Made by a program: the position numbers and the translations under genes. From the NCBI GenBank assembly GCA_021162685.1, contig JAGGYF010000010.1, positions 1-15,106 of the forward strand: a stretch of 15,106 nt of DNA, written 5' to 3'. Of this stretch, positions 14,859 through 15,106 are shown one piece after another (within the stretch, counting starts at the first letter, position 1; each line of letters opens with the position of its first letter). This DNA comes from Candidatus Iainarchaeum sp. Its GTDB lineage: Archaea; B1Sed10-29; WALL01. Under the pieces are notes generated by a model. The model was not told where the DNA came from and did no database searches. It saw only the letters and a program-made list of their open reading frames with translations.

Positions 14859-15106
14859 ATGATTAATACCTTTAGTAGATCATTAGTGCTTATTTTTCTA
14901 TTTTTAGCTATGTCCTATTCAGCTCAGATATACGGCACCATTTATAAATGGGATGATATGAAAGAGGTGCCTGCTCTTGTAAAGATATACTCTAATGGGA
15001 CTCTCATCAAACAGGTTATCGCAGATGAACACGGATTTTATAATGTGTCACTTGCCCCGGGTGATTATCTTGTCAAGTTTTACTATGTTCATAATAGGAC
15101 AACATA
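14859..15106 (+). CDS. Partial secreted/membrane protein with a carboxypeptidase-regulatory-like beta domain (runs off the window)
   Basis: Open frame MINTFSRSLVLIFLFLAMSYSAQIYGTIY...DEHGFYNVSLAPGDYLV to the window end. Confidence 0.75.
   Translation, partial: MINTFSRSLVLIFLFLAMSYSAQIYGTIYKWDDMKEVPALVKIYSNGTLIKQVIADEHGFYNVSLAPGDYLVKFYYVHNRTT

Noticed and set aside
1-15106. Integrase, transposase or provirus genes
   Set aside because: No ORF shows tyrosine/serine recombinase, DDE, HUH or capsid motifs that I can recognise.

Overview
AT-rich archaeal chromosomal segment. The evidence for archaea is intron-containing tRNAs without encoded CCA, TATA-box promoters, GGTGA-type ribosome-binding sites and leaderless genes; a DPANN-like origin is an inference. 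There are two intron-containing tRNA genes, Thr(CGT) at 124-229 and Leu(CAA) at 9110-9222. Each is followed by a tandem array of small modules (84-1085 bp) separated by 13-24 bp copies of the tRNA 3' end. The modules carry a TIKI/EreA-like protein, RHH-RelE, wHTH-MNT-HEPN and antitoxin-MazF pairs, and two non-coding hairpin-rich units; a decayed RHH-RelE pair follows the last repeat. Both loci share flanking hairpin motifs, one repeat is a Leu/Thr hybrid, and no integrase is present in the window. This suggests an integrase-less, tRNA-anchored cassette array mobilised in trans. The rest is housekeeping-like: glutaredoxin, a frameshifted glutamate dehydrogenase, an unannotated 58-aa ORF, thioredoxin, a transglutaminase-like protein with Cys->Arg, a PLD nuclease, an MFS transporter, a zincin membrane protease, an HTH regulator, a GT2 glycosyltransferase, a CPA1 antiporter and secreted proteins. 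All protein family calls are motif recognition by eye; no searches were run.
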